Positions 14,656 to 27,035 are shown, counted from the first letter of the stretch. The stretch: 64,000 nucleotides of DNA from the human T2T-CHM13v2.0 reference genome, Homo sapiens (GCF_009914755.1 NC_060935.1); one strand, 5' to 3'. The notes: generated by a model from the letters alone, not told the origin. Numbers and translations: made by a program.

Positions 14656-15055
14656 CGTAATGGTTAATTTTAGATGTCAACTTGACTGAACTAAAAGATA
14701 TCCAGATAGCTAGTAAAGTACTACATCATGTGGGTGTTTCCAGAACAGACTGGTATTTGAATCAGGCAACTGAGTAAGAAAGACTTGCACCAGCACATCC
14801 TGCCCCCAAACCCCCAGGTTCTCAGGTCTTCAACCTCAAACTGAGACTTACACCATCAGCTTTCCTAGTTCTGAGGCTTTTAGACTTGGACGGAGTCCCG
14901 CTGCCAGCCTTCCTTGTTCTCCAGCCTGCAGACACCCTGTCACAGGCCTTCTCAGCCTCCAAAATCATGTGAGCCAATTCCCCTAATAAATCCCCTCTCA
15001 TCTATCTGTCTATGTCCTATTGGTTCTGTCTCTCTGGAGCACCCTGACTCATACA
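14656..15055 (+). mobile_element. Second MLT2 solo LTR, internally deleted
   Basis: cgtaatggttaattttagatgtcaacttgac...cctattggttctgtctctctggag...ataca; TSD cacac/cagac. Confidence 0.85.
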
Positions 15056-16317
15056 CAGACACAGGGGAATGCCATGAGACAGCAGAGGCAGAGACTGAAG
15101 CTATGCTCCCACAAGCCAAGAATACCAAGGACGGCCAGCAACCACCAGAAGCTGGAAGGGAGGCATGGAACAGACTCCCCTCAGAGCCCCCAGATCCATG
15201 GGAAAACATACTCCTGCTGTTTAAGCCACTCAGTTTCTGGCACTTTGTTACAGCAGCCCTGGGAACCTAATAAACATGTCGTGTATTTTAATCACTATTG
15301 TCTGTCATCCTCACTAGAAAATAGGCCCCATGAGAACAGGATTTTGGCTCCTTCTGTTCAGTGCAAAATCACCAACACCTAGAACAGTGTATTTCCTGAA
15401 TGAATTCTGAGTGAAGGAGGATAAGCTTAAAGGCAGGCAGGGGTGCTATACTAATCCCAGAGGGCCAAACGGAGAGGCAGATGTTCTCTTTTCAGAGACA
15501 CGAGAGCCAGGGAAAGACTGAATTGGATCTTGCTCATTTATTCGATAAATAATACTGACTGCCACACCAGTCCCCAGGAGAGCTGCTCCATGCAGGAAAA
15601 ACTAACGACATACATGGTGTGGTGGGAAAGAGGGAGCAGGATCCAGTCTTTGCCCTCCCCTTGATTACAGGTGACCAGGGGAATGAAACCAGCAGACATC
15701 AACCTGTGGCTGGCACTGTAGGAATAGAAGAACATGCATATCTCAACCTCATCTCACAAGAACCTTGGGAGGAGTAAACGGCAGACCTTTGTAAAGTGCC
15801 TAACACCATGTCTCTTTCCTGCATCTGGCTATAAGCAACGCATGGCAGTGCAGGGAAGAAGGGAAAGAAATCTCAACTCCCCAGAGCACAGAGAGCTGGG
15901 CCTACTTGTGCTCTGTCCTGGCCATCTGTGTAGCTTGAGGCAGACACTTTGGCTTTCAGGGCCCCACTCAGCCACCTCGAAATAAAGGGTAGAGGTTGCA
16001 CTAGCAATCCCCTAGCCCTCAGTCTATCTAAAAAAAGAGAAAAGGCCTCTGCGTGTGGGGCTCTGATGTGCACAAAGGAGGGGATTCTGCAGGAGCAATG
16101 GTATTGGAAGAGAACATCCCAACTCAACTCTCCTGCCCCACCTAAGGCCTCCACCGAAGCCTCCCACCTTCATCCCTTTTAATTCCCATAGCCCCCACCC
16201 TCATCTGCCCCGACAGCTACTAATCTCCTGACCTCTTCTCTTTAATGTTACCAGATTAAGTCTACTTATGTAATATGCAAATATGATATGTAGTCACTCA
16301 TTTTAAAACAGTTATTA

Positions 16318-16829
<512 letters not shown>

Positions 16830-17802
16830 TTACAATTACCAAGTACTAATTAGGTAATATGCTGAGAGATTTATAAACATTATTCTTTTAATCTTCACAA
16901 CAACCCTGTGAGGCAGGTACTAATTATTATTCCTAACTTACAGGGAAAAGCTGAGGCCCAGGGAGATAAAATAGCTGCTCAAGGCACACACCCATAAGGT
17001 GCTGAATGGGAGCTGGGTCCAGTGTGGCTCAACTCTGCAGTCCCTTCATCTCCCAAGGGTTCCCCCTCCACCACTCCTGCTCTCTGCCCCTTTGAGCAAT
17101 AGGTAAAGGACTCTGTGGTCCAGTAAGCCAGGGCTTTCCGAAGCCCACTGTGTCCACTGGGCAGCCCAGCCTGCAGGGAGGGCCCCGAGATCAGCCCATT
17201 CATGGAAGCCACCAGACGCCTTCTCTGCCAGCCCATTGTGTCACACCCCTCAAACACCTTCTAAGAAGTCATCGCTTCTCCCCAGAGCATCCTGCTAAGG
17301 GTCAAAGCACCACAATATTCCCATAGCAAGCCAGGAGAGGGGGAATAATCACATGCAACTAGAAGAAAACATCTGCTTTACCACATTCCTGGAGGCTTTT
17401 CCAGAAGCAACAGTGCCTGATTTTCCAGCACGCAATCTTTAAGTGTCTTCCCAGTGCCCCTCCCCAGTCTCCAATCCACGCCTCAGCAGCACAGGACAGA
17501 CTGATCTTAATACTTACGGACCCTTGATTCCTCAGATGAAAGGTTTGGAGAAATACTCTGGCAAGTTACACCAAAATTAAAATGTCCTATTACCATAACT
17601 AGCATCCGGGAGAAACAGAGAATGTGAAATCAGGAGCTCTTGCTTCCAGGTACCACAATGCCACCACTGGTGGCATGACGCTTACACCACCCTGAGCTGA
17701 GCCATGGTCCTTGAGGGTTTGGTTCCCTCATCTTCTATAGTTGCTATGGACCCACCACTCTTAACATCTACGATCTCAGCAATAAGAATCAAGAAGCCAA
17801 AT

Positions 17803-18501
17803 AACCAGTTCTCACTGCTAGGGGCTTAAGCAGAGGGAGTCGAGCCAGAGTCGCCGCGATGGTGTTGTTGGAGAGCGAGCAGCTCCTGACGGAGCTGACC
17901 AGACTTTTCCAGAAGTGCTGGACATCAGGCAGCATCATATCACCTTGAAGAAGTATGACAGTCGAACCAAATCCATTCCAAAGAAAGGTACTGTGGAGGG
18001 CTTTGAGCCTGCAGACAACAAGTGTCTGTTAAGAGCTACCGATGGGAAAAAGAAGATCAGCACAGTGGTGAGCTCCGAGGAAGTGAATAAGTTTCAGATG
18101 GCTTATTCAAACCTCCTGAGAGCTAACATGGATGGGCTGAAGAAGAGAGACAAAAAGAACAAAACTAAGAAGACCAAAGCAGCAACAGCAGCACAGTAAA
18201 GGACATACATTTCCTGCTTTCACCAATTAACCACTGAATTGCTATTTTTTCCTTTTGGCCACATAGCTAGGTTTCTGGTTCCCCCACAGTAGGTGTTTTC
18301 ACATAAGATTAGGGTCTTTTTGGAAAGAATAGTTGCAGTGTTTATAGGATAGTTGTGGTAAGAATCTAGTTTATTTTGCATTTGGCTAATTGGTCTGTGC
18401 TGCATGGTTATATACTCCTGGATTATAGATAAAAAGTCTCCGTAGACATCTCTGTGAAGAGCAAGCTATCATTAAACATGTCTGTTTATCAAGAAAAAAA
18501 A
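17803..18501 (+). pseudogene. SRP14P: SRP14 processed pseudogene (signal recognition particle 14 kDa), frameshifted
   Basis: ATG 17859 gives MVLLESEQLLTELTRLFQKC; 1-nt deletion near 17936 leads to TGA 17946-17948; shifted frame continues ITLKKYD...NKCLLRATDGKKKISTVVSS...ANMDGLKKRDKKNKTKKTKAATAAQ* (TAA 18197-18199). No introns, 3' UTR with ATTAAA 18471, poly-A, TSD aagaagccaaat at 17791-17802 and 18502-18513. Paralog number not determined. Confidence 0.97.
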
Positions 18502-18514
18502 AAGAAGCCAAATG

Positions 18515-19190
18515 ATGAGGTTTGCAACCTCACCAATAATAAATGAAATGCCTACTGAACAATGATCCATTTCTTTCACCCAGGGGAATGGCAGCCCATT
18601 ACCACTGACAACAGGAACTAGCACATCTCTTGAGAGCATAGTATGGGTACTGCTGCAACATTTTAAATGAATTTAACATGTGACATGCCAATTCTACTCC
18701 TAGAGAAACATGTGCATACTAATATGTATGAATGAAGATATAATAGCAAAACTAATGAGTTAGTTTATATGTCTACCAGTAGGGGACCAATTCATAAATT
18801 ATGACATAACTACACTGGAAAATATTTTGTAGGCAAATAAAAGACAAATTAAAAGAACAGAGAAGAGCTACATGCATGAAAAGCTCTCGAAAATATACTA
18901 TGTGAAAAAAGCAGTATGATGCAATCAGATTCATGCTTCTAAAAGAAGGAAAACCATAGTGTATTTGTGTATACAGGCTTGACAGTTTCAGGACACGGAT
19001 CCAACTGCTAACACCAGTTATCTCTGAGGACCTGGAGGAGCTGGCACCTGGGGAGGGGTGCTGGGTGAAGGGGAATGTGACAAGTCTGCTGTGTCCTTCT
19101 GCACTATTTAAATGCAAGGGCAGGCTGCAGGAGAATACATTTACATATTACCTATATGATTTCAGAAAAAAAGCACCTAAACTGATTAAA
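18515..19190 (+). mobile_element. Old L1ME-type fragment
   Basis: caacctcaccaataataaatgaaatgc...caattctactcctagagaaa degenerate L1 3' region. Confidence 0.55.
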
Positions 19191-20223
19191 AAACCACCAC
19201 CACCAAAACAAGCTACTTATGCTGATGTGAAATTGCTGCACCAATTTGAACAGGTTTCTATGCTGCACTTCCAGGTCTTCCCAAGACTGACAAAGTTCAA
19301 GCCAATTTCTGCGGTACTGATGACAGACTGAATTGGGACTAACAAGGAAGAAGGAAAATGTGGGATGCAAGGAAAACATCTGTAAAAGCTCTGTGGAAGC
19401 TGCAAACCAGTCCTACCCTGAACCTGCTCATCACCAAAACTCACTAGTTCTGGGGCCTTCCTCCCTCTCATCCCTATAGGATGAGAAATAAGCCAAAACC
19501 GGAATCAAGAGAGAATTCCCTTTCCCACGGCAGAGGGAGGCCTCCACTGTCACCAGCAGAGCTGCTCCCAGGCAAAGCCAAAGAAACGGCCTGGCCAAAC
19601 TCCACCTTCCTGACAAAGGCACCATGTGCCAGGCTCCTGGGATTGCAGGGACAGCCAAGACTGGCAGCCCTGAAGCCCACGCATTTGAGTCCCTCCACTT
19701 CGGCAAACAGCCCAGGAATCTTTTCACACTCACTACTGAAATCCAAACTGAACCAGTATACAAATCAGATGGTCCTGCCAACAAAACAGGAACAAAATGG
19801 AAAAAAGGGTGATAAATCAATGATATCCTGGCTAAATATATACTTCTTCTTTCTGCTTGCAGGGGCACTGCTATAGATTTAAACCTTTGATAAATATCTT
19901 TTTTGCTTCCCAGTAATAATTAAAGCAAACACACCCAAACACGCACCTAAACACGAAGCAAAAAGAACGAGAAAAGGGCTTTGCTCAGGACATAATGTTC
20001 AAGAGGTAGGCATGACAGCTCATATCCACAGGCAGAAATGCTCTTCTCCCATTAAAACATGTACCTGTCTGGCACGGGTTCTTACCCCACAAAAGAAACA
20101 ACTGGACACTCTAGGGGACTGCCGAGAAGTGCCCTCAGAACAAGAAGAGGTTCCCTCTTTGAGGGAAAAGTGTAAACATCAAGCAGAAAGTGGGTGAGCA
20201 GACTCTTGCACGGAGTGACTCAC

Positions 20224-20447
20224 CGGCAGAGACAGCTTGTTGCTGGAGATGCTGGGAGCAGGCAGGTCCAACAGAGGTAACCTGGCTTCCTCCTCGCAGC
20301 GAGAACACAGCCCAAATAAAGCCAGAATCTGACCACCTGACCTCCGGCCTGACCAGAGCCAGCACAAACTCTCAGAAGGGCAGGGATGTTGCACAATTTG
20401 GAAAAACGGAAGCCCAAAAGCAAGTTTATGACCACGTCTGGCACTGA
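20224..20447 (-). other. Candidate alternative non-coding (5' UTR) exon of the minus-strand gene
   Basis: Minus-strand acceptor ttttgtgccctttcccctag| and donor CCG|GTGAGT; 224 nt with no ATG; locally raised CpG. Confidence 0.35.
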
Positions 20448-23400
20448 CTAGGGGAAAGGGCACAAAACCAGTATATTCCTGACATGGCAACAGTGCGTCC
20501 TACCGATGACAGGACATGCAGACCCCAGCCAATCATCTCCTTGGGCTCTGATGCCCGCTTCCCTGAGCATGGCTTGGCGCCCCGCAGAGACTGCACCCGT
20601 CAGAGGAGGCTGGCCTCGACTCCTCTTGGGGCTGGCCATTATGTTCACTGCCACTCCTGCTTCCCAGTCAACCCCTGCAAGTTTGGTGACCACAAGTTAA
20701 CCCCATCTAGGGCAGATCAACTCTTATGGAATAGCCAAAACTGAGGACCAAACCCTGGTGGGTCCCCTGTGCCACCAGGGAAGAGGGGTGTGCAGACAAT
20801 ACCCCAGGAAGGCGTCTTCCCTTCCACACTTCTAACCTTGACTAGCATTTCCCAAAATGCAGTCTGAGGAATCCAACTTCATTCTCTGCGATGCTCCTGG
20901 AAAGTTAGGAATGATAAGGCTGGGGTGGCACAGGGAAGGGAAGGCCCTTTCGGACTGTGCTCAGCCACCTTTCTCTAGCTGTTAGCAGAGACCAAAGGAG
21001 GCACTTTTGGTTTCTGCAGAGATTGCTTTTAGCCTGCACATAGTCAGCATCTCCAACACCCATCCCTGGGGCATCAGACCTGAAATGGGAAGGGATGATG
21101 CAATTCTAGTATCCAAAGGCACTAAGCTCTATGGATTCCAACAAGCCCCCTCTTCTCCGCAACCACTGCCACTGTCTTAATGTCTTCTGTTCAGGCCCTC
21201 ATCTCTCAAGACATTACTTTAATGAACTAGTTTCTCTACACCTAATTTCTACTTGCTTCACTTCAAAACTCCAGACAGCCACCGAGCTACCTTTCTAGAA
21301 TACAGGCCTGACCCTCTCTGCCTACAGGACTAAGTCCCAACCCTGGCACAGCATGCAAGGCCCCTGCCTGCCTTTCCAGCTGGAAGCATGGGCTTTGAAG
21401 TCCTACAGATCATTGCAGTGACACTTAGATAAACCACTTGCTGGCTATGTGAACACACATGTGTTTCTGCACCCATTTCCACATCTGTGTGTTGGGAATA
21501 GCATGATCAGCCTCCCAGAGCTACTGTGAGGACCGAATCCAAGTTCTAAAGAGCCTAGATCTCACCAACCTAGCTCCAGGGTCCTCTCTCTTTCCCATCT
21601 TGCTATACCAGCTCTTCATAATCAATGAGAATTGACTCAAGGGTAAAAAAAAAAAAATACATGCAAGATCTAAAAATGAAGGGTCATAAATTTAAAAATT
21701 AGGCCACCACAATGTGAAAGAAACCAAAATTAACTCATTATCAAAATAATGTAGGAGGACGGAAGGAACAGGAAGAGAAGGAAAACAGTACATTTAGGAA
21801 GAAATGCTTTTAAAATATAAGTCTCTATGATGTTTTGAGCCTCATTTGCTCCAAAGATTTAGGAAGATGACATTTCAAAAGCTCACAAAGACGACACTTC
21901 TACTTTTTAAAAACTATTTCCTAATTATTATCTTCAGAGAACTAAGAAGTACTTTCACAGACTGAATGTTAATAAAATTCTCAGAGGAAATTCTGGCATC
22001 AGTCACAACAAACACCCTCTTGGAATTTAATTTCCTTTCAGCATACAATTTACTATGGAAACTCATTTGTGATGCCACCACAACCAGTCAAAATCTGCCT
22101 GGAGCACAAAAACTTCAGAGTCCCAAAAGAGGGCCTTAAAGGACTAGATGGAAATTGGTCCCATATTAAGCCAAATCCTGCATCTAACAGAAATTTCCCC
22201 CACACCAAACTAGCTTTGACCGTCAGCCAGCCCACTCCTCTCTCTAGCTGCCCTATACTATAGGCTCTTCCAGGGCCCCCTTCCAGCTAGAACCCCCTGA
22301 ATTCTGTATCTTTTCCCTGTCCAACAAAATTAATTTAAAAAAAAAAAAAAGGAGGAAGGCCACAAAATGGGCAAAGGGAAACCAGCTACATCCATTTTCA
22401 ACTTTCTATCAAAGACCTGTCCTTTCTGGCTTACGATTTTTTCAATTCCCTTGGACAAGACAATCACAGGCCCTGGAATATTCATTGCGCGTGCTGGGGC
22501 TTAGGGTGGGAAGGCAAAAAGGCTAGAAGAATCATTGATAAGTACAAAAAGTACTTTAAGCCTTTTCCCCCTGAGGACAACTGCTGAAAGACTTACTCAA
22601 TCCCATTGACCCAAGTACCTGTGTGCAAGGGAAAGGAGTGGATGCCAATCTTTACTCAGCACCCACTGCAATTAGTGGGTACATTTCTTGAATATAAGAC
22701 AGACAGTATTATCCTGATTTTACACATGTGGAAACCAGGCTCAGAGAGGTCAGGCAGCAGGTTCAGTATTTACACCCAGGCCTGCCAGACTCCCAAGACG
22801 CTTGAACTTAACCACTTCACCACACTGCTTCCAGAGTCTACAAGTGTTTATGTTAAAATGTGCTGGGTTAGGGAGCCCGTTAAGAGTTTACTTGTTGCTC
22901 TTCACATACAGTATCTCATTTAACTAGCACAACCCTGTAGGATAGCTGAGAATTCCTTTTCCACTGTTAACAAAATGGTACATGGATTGAAAGATCATCA
23001 GTAACTTATGCACGACAGCTGTACCAGAGTCGTGCCATCTCTTGGCTTTGTTTTCTCTCCTGTAAAATGATGCTCACTCCTACCTCACAATGCCTGCTCA
23101 ATGGCAGGGGCTCAAATGGTGACGATTATGATTTTTATCAATACTTCTCAATTAAAGTAAAATTTATACACACACAAACACTAGATATTTTAAAGACTCA
23201 ACCTAATTAATCAAGCCTTTACTTGTTGGAGAAGATATCATTTTTAACACTACCTCATCTGGTCTGAAAAGGAAAGTAGTTTAAAAAATATTTGGAAAAA
23301 ATTGTTTAATAATAAAATACCACTACCTCAAACTCAGAGAGAACCACTAACTGCAGCTTCCAAAAAGCTGACAAAAAAGGATTACTGAAAATGATGTGGT

Positions 23401-25654
23401 CAAACCCAATATGGATTTTGAAAGCTACTAATGGACAAGAACAGGAACATTCAGTTATGACAAAATACACACACAAAAAAAATTCCTCTTCTTCCAGCAC
23501 CATGGCTTGATCATTAATGTGTGGTGTGACCCTGGCCAAGTCACTTCAATGCTGTGATGGCCCTCAGCACCCAAAATGTCAAGGCCAGCTTATGACCAGG
23601 AAGCTCTAGTGAGAAGTTGCCCAGGGGGTCTAGGGGACAGGAGCGGGGTGGAGGGGACACAGATGATTGCCTGGAGCAATTTTTAATGTGCTGCCTCTAA
23701 CTCACTGCTTGCCTTTTACTACACTCATCTGAAAAGAAATGAGAAGTCTGGGCATGCCAGAGGCAAGAGGAACCAGCTCACCACTTCTCAAGCCAGAATG
23801 GAAAAGATGGCAGAAGCATAGTTGTACAAGGACCCCAGCATCAGTCAGACAGAAGGAAACCTATAATATTATGCAATGAGAGACCCTGAGGATGTTCTTC
23901 AGACAAACCCCAGCAGGACCAATCCAACTCCAAGCTTGAGCGTCCACTCCAAGCTTGAAGATTAAAAAATAAGAAAAAATTCGGGTCCACAGGTGAAATA
24001 CACACTTTCTAAGCACAATGAGCAACTTTATAGTAGATAGCTGGACAACCAAGTACACTAACTGCAAGCATAAGAACAGTATTCATGTTGTAAATCGAGT
24101 ACCAACTACTATTAGTTTTTTGTTGTTTTGCTTTTTGCAATATTTCTTCTCATATTTTATTTTAAATCTAAGCTAATTTCTTTATAAGAACAGGCTAAGG
24201 CTTATTTTCTGTGGCTGATCCAGCCTTACAAGAAAAAAGATTTCACTGTGTCCCTCAGAAACCTACTCCTGTCTACATCACACTGTCGAGCTCTCTCTTT
24301 ATACCCCATGTGACAGATAAGAAAACAGAAGTCCAGAGAGAGCAAGTGACTCATCCAAGGTCAAACTTCTTGCTAACACATCTAGGACGAGAATAAGGGC
24401 TCAAGAAGCCCACTATGGGTCTCTTGCCGTATCACTGCTGCAAATGACCAGGCATACTGGTGTCTTGAATACAAAGTTTATTTGTAAAGGGGAAAAAAAA
24501 AAAAGCCAACATGAGTCATCTGCATTGTCAACGGGCTCCACACAGGTTGTTCTAATAAAGCATCCAGCACCTCCAGAACCACTTGTTTCTGAAAGCACCA
24601 ACCTACGCAGACACTAGCAGGCCATGTCTTCCACCCTTGCCACCCTCGAAGCTGTGAGCAGATGCGCTGTTGGGCTCTGGGGATCTAGAGGTGTCACTTA
24701 AAGAGCAAGGGAGCCTGGAGCTTGGCAGTACTGACTGGATGAGTGGATGGGTGGGTGTATGAGGACATGGGAGTGTTTTCTGACAGCTCCCGGAGATAGT
24801 TATGATATCATGCAGCCTAATCCCACTCATCTTGGAACACCCCAAACATCTCATACGCTCAGCTGTCCCTCCTCAACTTCCTCAGGGCAAAAGCACTGCA
24901 GTCTGAGGTGAATCTGGCCGCTGGGGAGGGGCGGTAGTCGGCCCCAGCAGCAGAGGAAGCAACGCTCAGCTCCCTCCTCCACCCACCCCGTACAGGAACT
25001 CCCCACTGGGTCTTCAGATGCCAGAGGCGTACCCAGCTCGGAGCCTGCCCCGGGTCTCAGGGTCGGTCCCGACAGAACGGGGGAGGAGGAAGGCTCTATC
25101 CCGCCCCCGCCTCACCTCTACTCCCCGACCCCCAGGCGCCGACCCTTCTCACCCGCAAGGTCCGCCGCCGGACTCTTGTCCACTCCCAGAGACCCTGAGC
25201 GCACCCCTTTCTCGGCGTCCTCAAAGGACCCGCGTTTCCCACCTTCCCATACGGGGCCCTCCCGGCCGCCCCGGCCCAAGCCCTTTGCACTGCGTCCCCC
25301 GGCCCCTGAGTCCGCCCCGCACCCGCACTTCCCGCCCGGCCCCGCGGGCTCGCGGTCCGCCCCAACTTTTCCCAGCCCCGGCCCCGCAGCAACCGGGATG
25401 CAGCGTCTCGAGCCGCGACGGGCAGGCGAGCTCGAGTCCCTCGGGCCCCCAACCCCGCCCGCACGAGTTGCGCTCGGGACCCGCCGGGCGCCCAGGCCTG
25501 GGTCAGCAGCACTGCGCGGAGGCGGAGCCGGCGTGGCGGGAACCGTACTGTCCCGGCGCCGCACCCCCGCCCGGTGCCCGGTGCCCCGTGCCCCGCGCCC
25601 GCCCGCCGGCTCGCCCGCCCCGCCGCCGCCGCCGCCGCGCCGCTCCCAGCCCAC

Positions 25655-25770
25655 CTGCCCGCGGGCGCCGCCGCCGCCGCCGCCACCACTGCCGGGAATA
25701 CGTGGCAGTGGCCGCCGCCGCTTGCGCTCCCCGCCTCGCCTCTCCTCTCGGCGCCCGCGCGGGCGACTCT
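25655..25770 (-). other. Probable non-coding exon 1 of an unidentified minus-strand gene (TSS position approximate)
   Basis: Donor GCAG|GTGGGC at 25655/25654; GC boxes upstream; G-rich sense strand downstream; (GGC)6 tract; no ATG. Confidence 0.65.
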
Positions 25771-25793
25771 GGCGCGCCAGACCGCAGCGCCAG

Positions 25794-25807
25794 GCGCCCT
25801 CTGCCGC
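25794..25807 (-). promoter_or_regulatory. CTCF-like motif
   Basis: Minus strand GCGGCAGAGGGCGC resembles CCASYAGRKGGCRS. Confidence 0.45.
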
Positions 25808-26419
25808 CGGGAAGCCGAATCCTCCCGTCCTAACCCTAACTCGCTGGCTGCCCCCGCCCGGGCCTCGGCTCCCGCCCCCTCTTCCCGGTTCCCGGCTCAG
25901 ACTGTCGCTTCCGAGCGACCTGGGTTCTCGCCCGGCCTGCTGCTGCCGCTGCCTCCAGGAAGTTCGCCCTGACCACCTCTGCAGGCTCAGCGCGCTTCCT
26001 CCGGCTCCCGCGCAGCGGGTGCTTAAGTCACCCCCTTGTTGATATATTTCCTGCTTCTTTGAACGCCTCGCCCGTGAGATAGCAGAATCGGAAAGGGGAT
26101 AGTTGGAGGCAAACGCCATGTCTGTTGTGTTCACCATTCTCTCCTCCAGGGCAAGGTTAGCGCCCTGTCTGGAATACTGAAGTGCGCAATAAATACTTGT
26201 GAAGAGAGCAAACGAGTAGATGAATGAGTTGAGATTTTTACCGCTGTCTACCCAAGTAGGCTTTGAAACCTCAAGCGGACAGAGATCCTGACCTGGATTT
26301 GTTTTTTGTAACTTACACGTGCATATGTGTGCGCAGCTCAGCATAAATAAATGACATTCACAATTCCCCACCTCGGACCAGCGCCAAATCCGCAAGAGGC
26401 CCACGGCTAAATGTTATTC

Positions 26420-26640
26420 AGGGCTTTTGGTCAAACACGTTTAGGTTTGAGATCTACCTCTTAAAAGCTGGGCAATCGTGGGAAAGCTCATCTCCCTGGC
26501 CCACAGTGAACACGTCTATAAATTAAGAATAATAAAACCTACTTCACAGAGTTGTGAGAATTAATTGAGATGGTGCACTATAAAGTTCTTTACGCAGCCC
26601 CGATGTGTGCGGTGGTATGTAAATGGTAGTTATTGTTGTA
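26420..26640 (+). mobile_element. MIR SINE
   Basis: aataataaaacctacttcacagagttgtgagaattaattgaga MIR core. Confidence 0.55.
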
Positions 26641-27035
26641 TTACTACTGATGCAGTAGGTGATTTTAAAAACTATCTTCGAAATATAAAATATTGACTAC
26701 CTTTTCACCTTAAAACCTTTATATGTGTGGTATTGTCACCTGCTCAGCAAGGCCAGCCCGGGGAGCAAGGCCACTCCTGTAACCTCTTCCCCTCCACCGG
26801 TAAAAATATAACAAGTCTTGGGGTTTTTTTGTTCTGTTTTGAAGAATTGTGGAACCCACTCTTCTGCAGGTTTTCCACCTGGATTTCTGTGGCCAATCTC
26901 TTAATTAACAAGTTTTTATTTTAGGGATGTCAAAGACAGGGAGCCCTTTGAAAGCACCTGCAGTCTACTGGCTCTTCCTGTTTTCTTCCTGACCCTCTCT
27001 CAAACAACTTAAGGCTTTTTTTTTCATTTTTACAG

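Larger units (their letters stand above)
13320..15275 (+). mobile_element. MLT1B-like MaLR solo LTR, split by four nested insertions
   Basis: MLT1 segments at about 13320-13420, 14015-14027, 14588-14655 and 15056-15275 join into one LTR (ggaacctcagaat...agggtctttgcagat...gtcatact...agggtgggccctaatccaatgact...aagccaag...ttgttacagcagccc). Confidence 0.8.
24910..26100. promoter_or_regulatory. CpG island promoter
   Basis: Very high GC and CpG density; GC boxes at 25851-25859 and 25871-25878; ETS core ccaggaagt 25955-25963; plus strand C-rich over about 25.1-25.9 kb. Confidence 0.95.

Noticed and set aside
17915-18199. 94-aa ORF as a functional SRP14 paralog
   Set aside because: Starts at a GTG in the wrong frame; the true ATG frame stops at 17946-17948 after a 1-nt deletion.
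25655-25770. Assigning a gene symbol to the minus-strand gene
   Set aside because: No coding exon is in the window and I do not recognise the 5' UTR; a BLAT search would settle it.
25018-26404. Long ORFs of 197-428 aa on both strands over the CpG island
   Set aside because: Pro/Arg/Gly/Ala-rich and overlapping in several frames, as expected from stop-codon scarcity at very high GC; no recognisable domain.
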